From the NCBI RefSeq assembly GCF_900103955.1, contig NZ_FNIL01000014.1:1-32000 (forward strand): a DNA stretch of 32,000 nt, given 5' to 3'. This DNA comes from Alkalicoccus daliensis (lineage in GTDB: Bacteria; Bacillota; Bacilli; Bacillales; Salisediminibacteriaceae). Below, in pieces: positions 8,024 through 15,645 of this stretch. The position numbers were made by a program, and so were the translations under genes. The notes under the pieces are model-generated. The model saw only the letters and a program-made list of their open reading frames with translations. It was not told where the DNA came from and did no database searches. Numbering within the stretch: position 1 is the first letter of the stretch; each line of letters begins with the position of its first letter.

Positions 8024-8680
8024 ATGAAAAAGACACTACTCTCTACAGCAACTGCGGCATTTGCATTAACCCTTGCTGCCTGCGGAACGAACGATAATGA
8101 TGGAACTGATAATACTGCAAATACAAACACTAATACAGGAAACAATGGAGCAGATAACGCAGCAGTTGAAAATAATGAGGCAGAGAATAATCTGGACGAT
8201 ACGCCGGACAATAACGGTGCAGATACAGAGGAGACCAACAACGGCAACACGAATGAAATAGATGAAGTAGAAAACAACATGAATGAAAACGCAGGAGAAA
8301 ATGACGCAGGCACAGATGATAATTCTGACGAGCGTGCTGCAACAGACGGAGAATGGTATGAAGCATTAGGATTTAATGAGTTTCAGCTTGATGCAGAATA
8401 CGAAGATGGAGAATATGAGGTAGAGTACGAATATAACGATGGCAATCCGGAAGGCGAGATTGAAGACACCCGTGGCGGTGAAGATATCGAACTGGAAGGC
8501 GAAGAAGCCCTGCAGGAATTGGAAGAACCTTTAACAGAGCTTGATCTTACGGAGGACAGCTCCGAAGAGGAAATGATGGAGCAGGTAATTGCTGCATTTG
8601 ATCTGGAAGAAGATTATGACGAACTTGAAGTTGAAATTGAATTTATGGATGACAGTGATCTGGAATCAGAAAACGAATAA
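8024..8680 (+). CDS. Highly acidic lipoprotein with an N/D/T/G-rich linker and a C-terminal E/D-rich domain (possibly YusW/PepSY-like, unverified)
   Basis: The signal peptide and lipobox are MKKTLLSTATAAFALTLAAC. The mature part is dominated by N, D, E, T and G. The C-terminus has repeated 'EYEDGEYEVEYEYNDG' and 'ELEVEIEFMDD' beta-like motifs. Confidence 0.8.
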   Translation: MKKTLLSTATAAFALTLAACGTNDNDGTDNTANTNTNTGNNGADNAAVENNEAENNLDDTPDNNGADTEETNNGNTNEIDEVENNMNENAGENDAGTDDNSDERAATDGEWYEALGFNEFQLDAEYEDGEYEVEYEYNDGNPEGEIEDTRGGEDIELEGEEALQELEEPLTELDLTEDSSEEEMMEQVIAAFDLEEDYDELEVEIEFMDDSDLESENE

Positions 8681-8688
8681 TCAGATAG

Positions 8689-8717
8689 AATCAGCCGTAA
8701 TCTGCGGCTGATTTTTT
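8689..8717 (+). terminator. Rho-independent terminator
   Basis: The hairpin AATCAGCCG-taatctg-CGGCTGATT is followed by TTTT. Confidence 0.75.
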
Positions 8718-8779
8718 CATAACAGTCCAGGGAATTATCCGGTATAGTGAGAAAAAGAGAGGTTTTAAGGGGTGAGGAA

Positions 8780-9148
8780 ATGGAGAAGTTGTTACCTGTC
8801 ATGCAGCAGGGACTGGAGCTTGCAGTAACAGTGGAAGAAGCGGTAAAGCACGTAGAACGGCTGCTGAAAGAAAAGCATTTGGAAGAACCGCTTTATCTGG
8901 TAGAAGATATTATTTCCGCTTTTGCATCGATACAGCGGTCTTTTGAACCTGTGAAGAAAGAGTGCGACATGGAGATGGTCCATCTTACAGCGGCCCAGGT
9001 ACATCAGGCGCTGCAGAAAACTGTATACTCCTTTGAGTCTGGCAGCAGAGGAAAAGTGGAGGAAACAGTCGAGAACGAACTGAAGCCTGGAATTGAGGAA
9101 TGGAGAAAGGCGATGGAAGAAACTTTGCGCAGATATGTGACGCAGTAG
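8780..9148 (+). CDS. Hypothetical small helical protein, distant paralog of 29949-30347
   Basis: The ATG at 8780 follows AAGGGGTGAGG. The C-terminal pattern ELKPGIEEWRKAMEETLRRY parallels ETFIPALHQWHLTVQKY in the other ORF. Confidence 0.55.
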   Translation: MEKLLPVMQQGLELAVTVEEAVKHVERLLKEKHLEEPLYLVEDIISAFASIQRSFEPVKKECDMEMVHLTAAQVHQALQKTVYSFESGSRGKVEETVENELKPGIEEWRKAMEETLRRYVTQ

Positions 9149-9195
9149 AAATATTGTATGTAACGAAAAAAAGACGCTTCACTGCGTCAATTTTC

Positions 9196-9321
9196 TTAAT
9201 CGTCGTATTTATCAATTTCCGTTTGTTCTTCGACAGGATAAACAGTCTGCTGCAGTTCGTTGCAGCCGCTAAGTGCAAGGACTGCAAAAAGGCTGGTAAT
9301 CAGGGGAATAAGTTTTTTCAT
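9196..9321 (-). CDS. Small lipoprotein (41 aa) with an acidic tail
   Basis: The sequence MKKLIPLITSLFAVLALSGC gives a signal peptide and lipobox. A strong RBS (GAAGGAGG) precedes the ATG at 9321. The longer 98-aa version in the ORF track lacks an RBS. Confidence 0.6.
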   Translation of the reverse strand: MKKLIPLITSLFAVLALSGCNELQQTVYPVEEQTEIDKYDD

Positions 9322-9450
9322 GGGAGTGCCTCCTTCAAAGTGCGTGTCTTCTCCTAATTCCACGTGGAAAAACTTGTGAAACTTACAATTCTTAAAATAA
9401 GCATTCATGAAAGAAACTGAGTCTTTTATCATGGAACAGGAGGGTGCGGT

Positions 9451-11136
9451 ATGCAGAAACTTATGGAAGCAGTAAGGGCGGGACTGAATCACAATTCGGT
9501 AGAGATTCCACAGACAGATTATTCGCGTACATATTTCGACAAAGAGGAACAGGCGACTGTTTTTCTTTCTTTTTCAGAAAACGGTGCAAGAGCACGGGTG
9601 CTGCAGGGAAGAGGAGGCAGCCTCGAAGCAGCAGTGCAAGATGCAGTAAAAAAAGGAGAGGGCGTTACGGCAGATGCGGTAAAGCTGGACATTCTGACCG
9701 GGATACAGCCGGTAAATAAAGATACAAGCTGGATCAATATAAATAGACATGCACTTACTTATAAGCGCAGGGAAGACGGGCTCATGTTCGGTGACAGAAT
9801 CAGTCCGCTTATGTTTCTGCCGGAAGAAGTGGAAGCTTACGGGATGATCCGTGGCGGGAAGCTGCAGCAGGAGCATATTTTCCGTGCCTTTGATAAACAT
9901 CAGCTGCTTACGGAAGATCGTCTTTCCAAAGAAATCATTACTGAAGAATGGCACGACGTTTATAAATTCCGCACGCATTCTTTTTACATAGATGACGACG
10001 GTTACCGGGAGCTTTTCCGGGGACACCGTGTGTTCAATGAACTTCAGGCCGGAGATTTAAAAGAAGCTGTGAAGCTTTCGAGGGACAATTATTTTACGCA
10101 GGCAGTAAATGCCCAGGGGAAGTTCGTGTATTCCTTTCAGCCGCAGGATAACCAGGTTCCGAAAGGCTACAACATTCTCCGTCATGCAGGAACAGCCTAT
10201 TCCATGCTTGAAATACAGGAATTTTTTCCGGAAGAACAGCTGCAGCGCACGATTGAAAAAACGATCCGTTACCTGCTGAAGAAAGTGAAGCGGATAGAAG
10301 TGAACGGTACCGATGCGCAGGTTATCGTGGAAAACGATAATATTAAGCTCGGCGGCAACGGTCTGGGAATTATTGCGCTCGCGCAGTATACGAAGGTGAC
10401 AGGAGACAGACAGTATATTCCTCTTATGCGGGATATGGCGAAATGGATGCTCACGATTCAAGATGAGACGGGAAAGTTTTCCGTGCACAAACAGATTTAC
10501 TCCTCCAAGGAACATACGGATTTTGTTTCTCATTATTATTCAGGAGAAGCAATTCTTTCGCTTGTACGTCTTTATCAGGTAGATCCGGATGAAGCATGGC
10601 TCGACGCGGCAGAAGGAGAAGCAAATTATTTAATTCATCGCCGGGACAGCAAGGAGACGAAAAAAACAATTACACACGATCACTGGCTTCTTTACGCCTT
10701 AAATGAACTGCATCAGGAACGGCCGAAAGAAGATTACGCCGCGCATTCTTATTTTATTGCAGAAGCTATTATGGACACCCAGCGGCTGGATCAGCATGAA
10801 GTCGACAGAGAATGGGTGGGGTCCTATGAAATGAAAGGCATTCCCCGTTCGACACCGACTGCCTGCCGCACGGAAGGATTGGGCGCTGTCTACCGGCTGG
10901 CGCAGCGCCAGGAGAAAAAAGACATGGCAGAGAGATGCAGACATGCGATGGCAGAGGCTGTGAAATTCCAGCTGCAGATGCAGTTTCAGCCGGAAAGTGT
11001 ATTATATCTGGACCATAAAAAACTGTGCCTCGGTGCACTGCATGAAAGCTTAACAAGCTATGAAATCCGTAATGATTACACGCAGCACAACATTTCCAGT
11101 TTTTTATCACTTTATAAGATTCTGCTCGAAAAATAA
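9451..11136 (+). CDS. Hypothetical 561-aa protein with a likely alpha/alpha-toroid C-terminal domain (terpenoid-cyclase/prenyltransferase/six-hairpin-like)
   Basis: The RBS AGGAGGG precedes the ATG. Motifs include NILRHAGTAYSMLE, GGNGLGIIALAQY, QDETGKF and HYYSGEAILSLVRLY. No catalytic signature was recognised. Confidence 0.7.
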   Translation: MQKLMEAVRAGLNHNSVEIPQTDYSRTYFDKEEQATVFLSFSENGARARVLQGRGGSLEAAVQDAVKKGEGVTADAVKLDILTGIQPVNKDTSWININRHALTYKRREDGLMFGDRISPLMFLPEEVEAYGMIRGGKLQQEHIFRAFDKHQLLTEDRLSKEIITEEWHDVYKFRTHSFYIDDDGYRELFRGHRVFNELQAGDLKEAVKLSRDNYFTQAVNAQGKFVYSFQPQDNQVPKGYNILRHAGTAYSMLEIQEFFPEEQLQRTIEKTIRYLLKKVKRIEVNGTDAQVIVENDNIKLGGNGLGIIALAQYTKVTGDRQYIPLMRDMAKWMLTIQDETGKFSVHKQIYSSKEHTDFVSHYYSGEAILSLVRLYQVDPDEAWLDAAEGEANYLIHRRDSKETKKTITHDHWLLYALNELHQERPKEDYAAHSYFIAEAIMDTQRLDQHEVDREWVGSYEMKGIPRSTPTACRTEGLGAVYRLAQRQEKKDMAERCRHAMAEAVKFQLQMQFQPESVLYLDHKKLCLGALHESLTSYEIRNDYTQHNISSFLSLYKILLEK

Positions 11137-11171
11137 ATTTTTGCGCGCTACTTTATATAAAGCAGGTGAGG

Positions 11172-12188
11172 ATGATGAAGAAAAAAGTGAGGCTCGCACT
11201 GCTGGGCGGCTGGCATGTGCATACGGAAGGATTTATTGAAAAACTGGACGCTTTTTCCAAGGATAAAGTGGAATGGAAAGCAGTCTGGGATCACGATCAG
11301 GCAAGGGGAGAGAGGTTTGCAGAAAAACTCCAGGTTCCTTTTGTTCCAAAACTGGAAGACATCCTGGAAGATACATCGGTGGATGCAGTAATGATAGAAG
11401 CAGAAACGAACCTTCACCACGAATTAATTACGATGGCAGCGCGTGCAGGCAAACATATATTTACAGATAAACTTCTCGCACCGACGATGGAAGAAGCGGA
11501 AGATATTCGCTGGACAGTGAGGAAGGAAGGGGTTAAATTCGTGATCTCCCACGAGTCCCTTACTATCCGCGCGTATCAGTATGCAAAGGAAGAAGTGGAG
11601 AAGGGGAACCTCGGCGAACTTGTATCCATCTACTTCCGCCGGTCCCACGGCCTTGCGAAAACGGATGTTCTTCCTGCCAGCTGGTACGAACCCGAAACTG
11701 CGGGAGGCGGAGCGCTGATGGATCTCGGTGTACATGGGCTGTCTCTACTTGCCTATATCGGCAGTGCACCGGAAACTATCAGTGCTGTTACAAGGTACAT
11801 CTCTGGAAAGCAAGTGGAAGACAGTGCCAGCATCCAGGTCACATTCCAAGATAAGCAGACGATAGGACAGGCGCATACGAATTTAGTAACAGCACCGCTT
11901 GATAATCTGTTGGAAATCACGGGCACTGAAGGCAGCCTGCTGATCTATGGGGAAAAGGAGCCGCTCATCTATCAATCTTCCGGGCAGGACAAACCGTCCC
12001 GGGTAGATGTGCAAGAGACAGGCGAGGTCCCTGTAAATAAGTTCATTGATTTGGTGCTGGGAGAAGAAAATCAAACCGAGCTGACAGGGAGCGGACTGGA
12101 ACTGGACACTGCAGTGACCATTGTGCAAATGGCAGAAGGAGCCTATAAGAGTGTGAAGCAGCAAGGGAAGCCGGTTGTATTAAAATAG
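11172..12188 (+). CDS. Gfo/Idh/MocA-family NAD(P)-dependent oxidoreductase
   Basis: The N-terminal Rossmann strand is VRLALLGGWHVH. The length and C-terminal alpha/beta domain are typical of the family. The start is ambiguous (GTG 11166, ATG 11172 or ATG 11175). Confidence 0.75.
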   Translation: MMKKKVRLALLGGWHVHTEGFIEKLDAFSKDKVEWKAVWDHDQARGERFAEKLQVPFVPKLEDILEDTSVDAVMIEAETNLHHELITMAARAGKHIFTDKLLAPTMEEAEDIRWTVRKEGVKFVISHESLTIRAYQYAKEEVEKGNLGELVSIYFRRSHGLAKTDVLPASWYEPETAGGGALMDLGVHGLSLLAYIGSAPETISAVTRYISGKQVEDSASIQVTFQDKQTIGQAHTNLVTAPLDNLLEITGTEGSLLIYGEKEPLIYQSSGQDKPSRVDVQETGEVPVNKFIDLVLGEENQTELTGSGLELDTAVTIVQMAEGAYKSVKQQGKPVVLK

Positions 12189-12204
12189 AGGCTGGAGGCA
12201 GACT

Positions 12205-12415
12205 CTATGCTTGCGCAGCCGGGACAGTGCGGGGGATTTGAAAAAATGAATTCCACCGCTGGAAAAATGAATTCCTTCAAAATTCCCTTCTTAAAAATGA
12301 GTAACCCCCACTTACGCGTGAGTAAATGGTCTGCGCGAGAGTTAACCCCGAAGAAAAATGAGTAAACCTCTATTACGTATGAGAAAATGGTCTCTAAAAA
12401 AGAGTAAAAGCCATT
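12205..12415. repeat. Degenerate array of roughly 20-bp sub-repeats of the GAGTAAA type (AAAAATGAATTCC / AAAAATGAGTAAC / GTGAGTAAATGGTCT ...)
   Basis: Direct reading finds at least 7 related short units in an intergenic region. The array is preceded by GGAGG-N8-ATGCTT, resembling the core end (AAGGAGGTCATATGCTT) of the 262-bp repeat family. Confidence 0.5.
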
Positions 12416-12469
12416 TTTTTCCCGCACGGCCCGTCTGTGCCGCAGTTTCACTCTGTGAAATAAATATAT

Positions 12470-12503
12470 AAAGCCGCACGCCTGAAATCGGCGTGCGGCT
12501 TTA
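12470..12503. terminator. Bidirectional rho-independent terminator between the oxidoreductase gene and clpE
   Basis: The hairpin is AAAGCCGCACGCC-tgaaatc-GGCGTGCGGCTTT. Confidence 0.85.
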
Positions 12504-12512
12504 GAAAACAGC

Positions 12513-14633
12513 TTAAGACCGCTGTTTTAATTGAATTTCCTCTTTTTCCACAACTACTTCCACTTCACCGAGCACTTCCTGATCCAGGATCAGCTCGGTA
12601 ATTTTATCTTCCAGTTCATGCTGAATCGCGCGGCGGAGCGGCCGTGCTCCGAACTCTTTATGGTAGCCGAGTTCTGCAATCTTTTCTTTTGCTTCTTCAG
12701 AAATATGAATCGTAATTTCCTGCTCCGTCAGTGTTTCCTGAAGTTCTTCAAGCATGAGATCCACAATTTTCACAAGATGTGTTTTGTCGAGGTGGTTGAA
12801 TTCAATAATCGCATCAAATCGGTTAAGAAATTCCGGCTTAAAATAGCTCGACAGATTTTCAAGCATGGATTCTTCCTTTAATGACTCGCTCTCGCTGAAT
12901 CCGATGGAGCGTTGTTTTGCAGCACCGCTGCCAGCGTTGCTTGTCATAATAATCACTGTATCTTTAAAGCTTACAGTGCGTCCCTGGCTGTCTGTTAAGC
13001 GGCCGTCCTCCATAATCTGCAGGAACATATGCTGCACATCAGGATGTGCTTTTTCAATTTCATCGAGCAGAATAATGGAGTATGGGTTCCGGCGCACTTT
13101 TTCGGTCAGCTGGCCGGCTTCTTCATGCCCGACATACCCTGGAGGGGAACCGATCAGCTTGGATACCGCGTGCTTTTCCATATATTCACTCATGTCGAGC
13201 CGGTGCATCGCCTCGCTCGAGCCGAACATTTCTTTTGCCAGTGTTTTACTAAGCTCTGTTTTTCCGACACCGGTAGGCCCGACAAACAGGAAGGAACCAA
13301 TCGGACGGTGCTTTGGCTTCAGCCCGGCGCGGGAGCGGCGGACCGCTTTTGCTACCTTCTGCACCGCTTCTTCCTGGCCGATTACACTGCCGGAAATATG
13401 CTCTGCGAGACGCTTCATTTTCGAAGCTTCGTTGTCCTGCAGCTTGCCGACAGGGATTCCCGTCATTTTCTCGACAATTTTTTGGATATTCTCTGCTTCA
13501 ATCGTTTTCTTTTCTGCAGAGTGTTCCTGCTCCAGTTTTTTCTCCAGCGCTTCTTCTTCGTCACGAAGCTTTGCAGCTGTTTCATAATCTTCTTTTTGGA
13601 GCACTTCTTCTTTCTGTTTTGCGATACGCGCAAGTCTTTCTTCTACTTCTTTATGGGAAGTATCTCCGGACTCCAGGTTCATTTTTGCCCCTGCTTCATC
13701 CATCAGGTCGATTGCTTTATCCGGAAGAAAACGATCCTGGATGTAACGGTGGGAAAGTGTAACGCAGGCCTGCAGCGCTTCTTCACTGTAAGTTACTTCA
13801 TGATAATCTTCATACTTACTCTGCAGTCCTTTTAAAATTTCCATTGCTTCTTCCAAGGCAGGTTCATTGACCATTACCGGCTGAAAACGGCGCTCCAGCG
13901 CACCATCTTTTTCAATATTACGGTATTCTTTCAGCGTGGTCGCACCGATGACCTGCAGCTCTCCTCTTGCAAGCGCCGGTTTAAGAATGTTTCCGGCATC
14001 CATGGAACCTTCTGTTTTTCCTGCGCCTACAATCTGATGGATTTCATCAATAAACAGCAGCACATTTTTGCGTTCTTTCAATTCCGCAGTAAGCTGTTTT
14101 AATTTTTCTTCAAATTGTCCCCGCACCCCAGTATTTGCTACGAGAGATGCTACATCAAGAAGATAGATTTCTTTATTCAGCAGTTTTGAAGGAACGTCTC
14201 CTTTACTGATTTTTAAAGCGAGTCCTTCTGCGATTGCAGTTTTTCCCACGCCGGGTTCCCCGATCAGCACCGGGTTATTTTTAGTGCGGCGGTTTAAAAT
14301 TTCTGTAACTCTTTTCACTTCCTGATCGCGTCCGATCACAGGATCAATTAACCCGGCGTTTGCAGCGTTAGAAAGGTTGCTGGCAAGTTCATCAAGCAGG
14401 CTTTGACTTTTCTGAGACTGGCCGGGCTGTGCAGCTTCACTGTCTGAAGATCCGCCGAATTGGTTCATCATATTTTCTTTAAAGACACCAGCTGGATTTC
14501 CTGCATGATTTTTTGCAGCAGACTGGAGCTCTTCAAAACAGCTCTTACAAAGTTTTACGTGCTGCGCTTGTTGATTATATTGTAAACGTACATTGATCGA
14601 TGCTTCTCTAATATTACAATTTTGACATTTCAT
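12513..14633 (-). CDS. clpE: ATP-dependent Clp protease ATP-binding subunit ClpE (class III heat-shock AAA+ ATPase)
   Basis: The N-terminal zinc finger is CQNC...CKSC. Two AAA+ modules are present (GEPGVGKT and GPTGVGKT Walker A). The length matches ClpE at about 700 aa. CtsR operators lie upstream. Confidence 0.9.
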   Translation of the reverse strand: MKCQNCNIREASINVRLQYNQQAQHVKLCKSCFEELQSAAKNHAGNPAGVFKENMMNQFGGSSDSEAAQPGQSQKSQSLLDELASNLSNAANAGLIDPVIGRDQEVKRVTEILNRRTKNNPVLIGEPGVGKTAIAEGLALKISKGDVPSKLLNKEIYLLDVASLVANTGVRGQFEEKLKQLTAELKERKNVLLFIDEIHQIVGAGKTEGSMDAGNILKPALARGELQVIGATTLKEYRNIEKDGALERRFQPVMVNEPALEEAMEILKGLQSKYEDYHEVTYSEEALQACVTLSHRYIQDRFLPDKAIDLMDEAGAKMNLESGDTSHKEVEERLARIAKQKEEVLQKEDYETAAKLRDEEEALEKKLEQEHSAEKKTIEAENIQKIVEKMTGIPVGKLQDNEASKMKRLAEHISGSVIGQEEAVQKVAKAVRRSRAGLKPKHRPIGSFLFVGPTGVGKTELSKTLAKEMFGSSEAMHRLDMSEYMEKHAVSKLIGSPPGYVGHEEAGQLTEKVRRNPYSIILLDEIEKAHPDVQHMFLQIMEDGRLTDSQGRTVSFKDTVIIMTSNAGSGAAKQRSIGFSESESLKEESMLENLSSYFKPEFLNRFDAIIEFNHLDKTHLVKIVDLMLEELQETLTEQEITIHISEEAKEKIAELGYHKEFGARPLRRAIQHELEDKITELILDQEVLGEVEVVVEKEEIQLKQRS

Positions 14634-14674
14634 ATAAAATAACCTCCTAAGGAAATAAAGTTAGAAAGCGGATA

Positions 14675-14722
14675 TTTGACTATCTTTGACTATAGTATAG
14701 TTTGACCTTTACTGACTTTCAA
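14675..14722 (-). promoter_or_regulatory. clpE sigma-A promoter overlapped by two CtsR operators
   Basis: On the minus strand, -35 TTGAAA (14717-14722) and -10 TATACT (14694-14699) are separated by 17 bp. AGTCAAAgatAGTCAAA (14675-14691) matches the CtsR consensus (A/G)GTCAAA-NAN-(A/G)GTCAAA perfectly. AGTCAGTaaaGGTCAAA (14701-14717) is a second, imperfect site. Confidence 0.7.
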
Positions 14723-14760
14723 GAATTATGCTCACAGGTTTAATGTATACGGCTGCAATT

Positions 14761-14803
14761 AAAAAAAGATGTCTCCGCCTCCGTGGCAGAAAACATCTTT
14801 TTT
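14761..14803 (-). terminator. Terminator downstream of the lipoprotein gene 14810-15013
   Basis: The hairpin AAGATGT...ACATCTT is flanked by A and T runs. Confidence 0.65.
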
Positions 14804-14809
14804 AAGCAG

Positions 14810-15013
14810 TTACGTGTTGTTACTTTCGTTACTCGTACCTTCTTCATTTCCGGTGTCATGTTCCATTTCGTTTCCGGTATCAGTACTGTTGATTCCGTTG
14901 TTTTCATTGAATCCATTTTCCGGAGCGTTGTTATTATCTGTTCCGCCGCAGCCTGCGAGCAGTGCTCCCGCAAGAAAAGTTGCTGCAGCAGTTAATTGAA
15001 GTGATTTTTTCAT
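14810..15013 (-). CDS. Small hyper-acidic N/D/E/G-rich lipoprotein (67 aa), paralog 1 of 3
   Basis: MKKSLQLTAAATFLAGALLAGC provides the lipobox LAGC. The RBS is AATAGGAGG. The mature peptide is low complexity (N, E, D, T, G). Confidence 0.8.
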   Translation of the reverse strand: MKKSLQLTAAATFLAGALLAGCGGTDNNNAPENGFNENNGINSTDTGNEMEHDTGNEEGTSNESNNT

Positions 15014-15069
15014 TTTGGTATTCCTCCTATTATCCTTCGTTTATCTTCTCATTCACGGTTACAAAAAAA

Positions 15070-15099
15070 TTGAAACATATTTTCCAGGATTCATATAAT
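15070..15099 (+). promoter_or_regulatory. Candidate sigma-A promoter on the plus strand, divergent from the 15013 gene and pointing at motif copy B and antisense to 15311-15514
   Basis: TTGAAA (15070-15075) and TATAAT (15094-15099) are separated by 18 bp. No credible plus-strand CDS lies downstream. Confidence 0.4.
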
Positions 15100-15169
15100 T
15101 TCACACACGAAAACCAATGTTACCATGATGCTTCAGACGAAAAAGTATGAAGCATAGAGGAATTTCTAT

Positions 15170-15248
15170 TACTGCTTCACTCCCGGCAAAGTCTTTCTCG
15201 AAGGTATGCTCTCTATTAATTTAATCAAAGCGGTGCACGGCTTCCATC
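15170..15248 (+). repeat. Bipartite conserved motif, copy B (TACTGCTTCACT - 53 nt - GCACGGCTTCCATC)
   Basis: The blocks are identical to copy A at 7687-7762. It is preceded by the hairpin ATGCTTCA-N12-TGAAGCAT (15128-15155), which repeats the TGCTTCA core. Confidence 0.4.
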
Positions 15249-15260
15249 AATCTGCAGGAG

Positions 15261-15299
15261 CAAACATAAACAAGGAATTCTCTTTCGAAAGAGAATTCC
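15261..15299 (-). terminator. Rho-independent terminator of lipoprotein gene 15311-15514
   Basis: On the minus strand, GGAATTCTCTTTCGAAAGAGAATTCC is followed by a T-rich tract (TTGTTTATGTTTG). Confidence 0.8.
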
Positions 15300-15310
15300 C
15301 AGAAACCAGC

Positions 15311-15514
15311 TTACATATTGTTCTCGTTCTCTCCGACAGGTTCACCATTATCATCCAGCATCGTATTGCCGTCTGCATCGTTATCAATCAATTGTTCTTC
15401 TTCATTCACTTCATTGTTATCATCAATACCTTCATTTGCATTATTACCGCAGCCGGCAAGAATACCAGCAGATAACAAAGTGAATACTGCAGAAATTTGT
15501 AAAGACTTTTTCAT
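15311..15514 (-). CDS. Small hyper-acidic N/D/E-rich lipoprotein (67 aa), paralog 2 of 3
   Basis: MKKSLQISAVFTLLSAGILAGC provides the lipobox. The RBS is GAAGGAGG. The N-terminus is near-identical to those of the neighbouring paralogs. Confidence 0.8.
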   Translation of the reverse strand: MKKSLQISAVFTLLSAGILAGCGNNANEGIDDNNEVNEEEQLIDNDADGNTMLDDNGEPVGENENNM

Positions 15515-15604
15515 TTATAATTTCCTCCTTCAAAAATACTCTTCTTATAAAAAGACTATTACACGATTCTTGCTTTTTAAAACGTTGTTTTCCAGGAGAA
15601 ATAA

Positions 15605-15634
15605 TATAAAAAGGCTCCCGGAAGTCCGGGAGCC
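15605..15634 (-). terminator. Rho-independent terminator of the poly-Asp lipoprotein gene
   Basis: On the minus strand, GGCTCCCGG-actt-CCGGGAGCC is followed by TTTTTAT. Confidence 0.85.
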
Positions 15635-15645
15635 CGCTTTAAAAA

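Noticed and set aside
9196-9492. 98-aa version of the minus-strand ORF overlapping the start of the 9451 gene
   Set aside because: Only the internal ATG at 9321 has a strong RBS and yields a canonical lipoprotein signal peptide. The upstream extension overlaps the divergent promoter and RBS region.
12143-12451. 102-aa minus-strand ORF, and the 56-aa plus-strand ORF (about 12208-12378), across the GAGTAAA repeat region
   Set aside because: Both consist of repeat-derived low-complexity sequence. The minus ORF has no RBS. The plus ORF has an RBS-like GGAGG, but its peptide is just the repeat (KMNS/KMSN). They are left as non-coding pending expression data.
12531-13835. Long plus-strand ORFs inside clpE (12531-12881, 12865-13587, 13029-13835, 13313-13762)
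   Set aside because: They are antisense to a strongly supported AAA+ gene, with no RBS and compositionally odd, Ser/Phe/Cys-rich translations.
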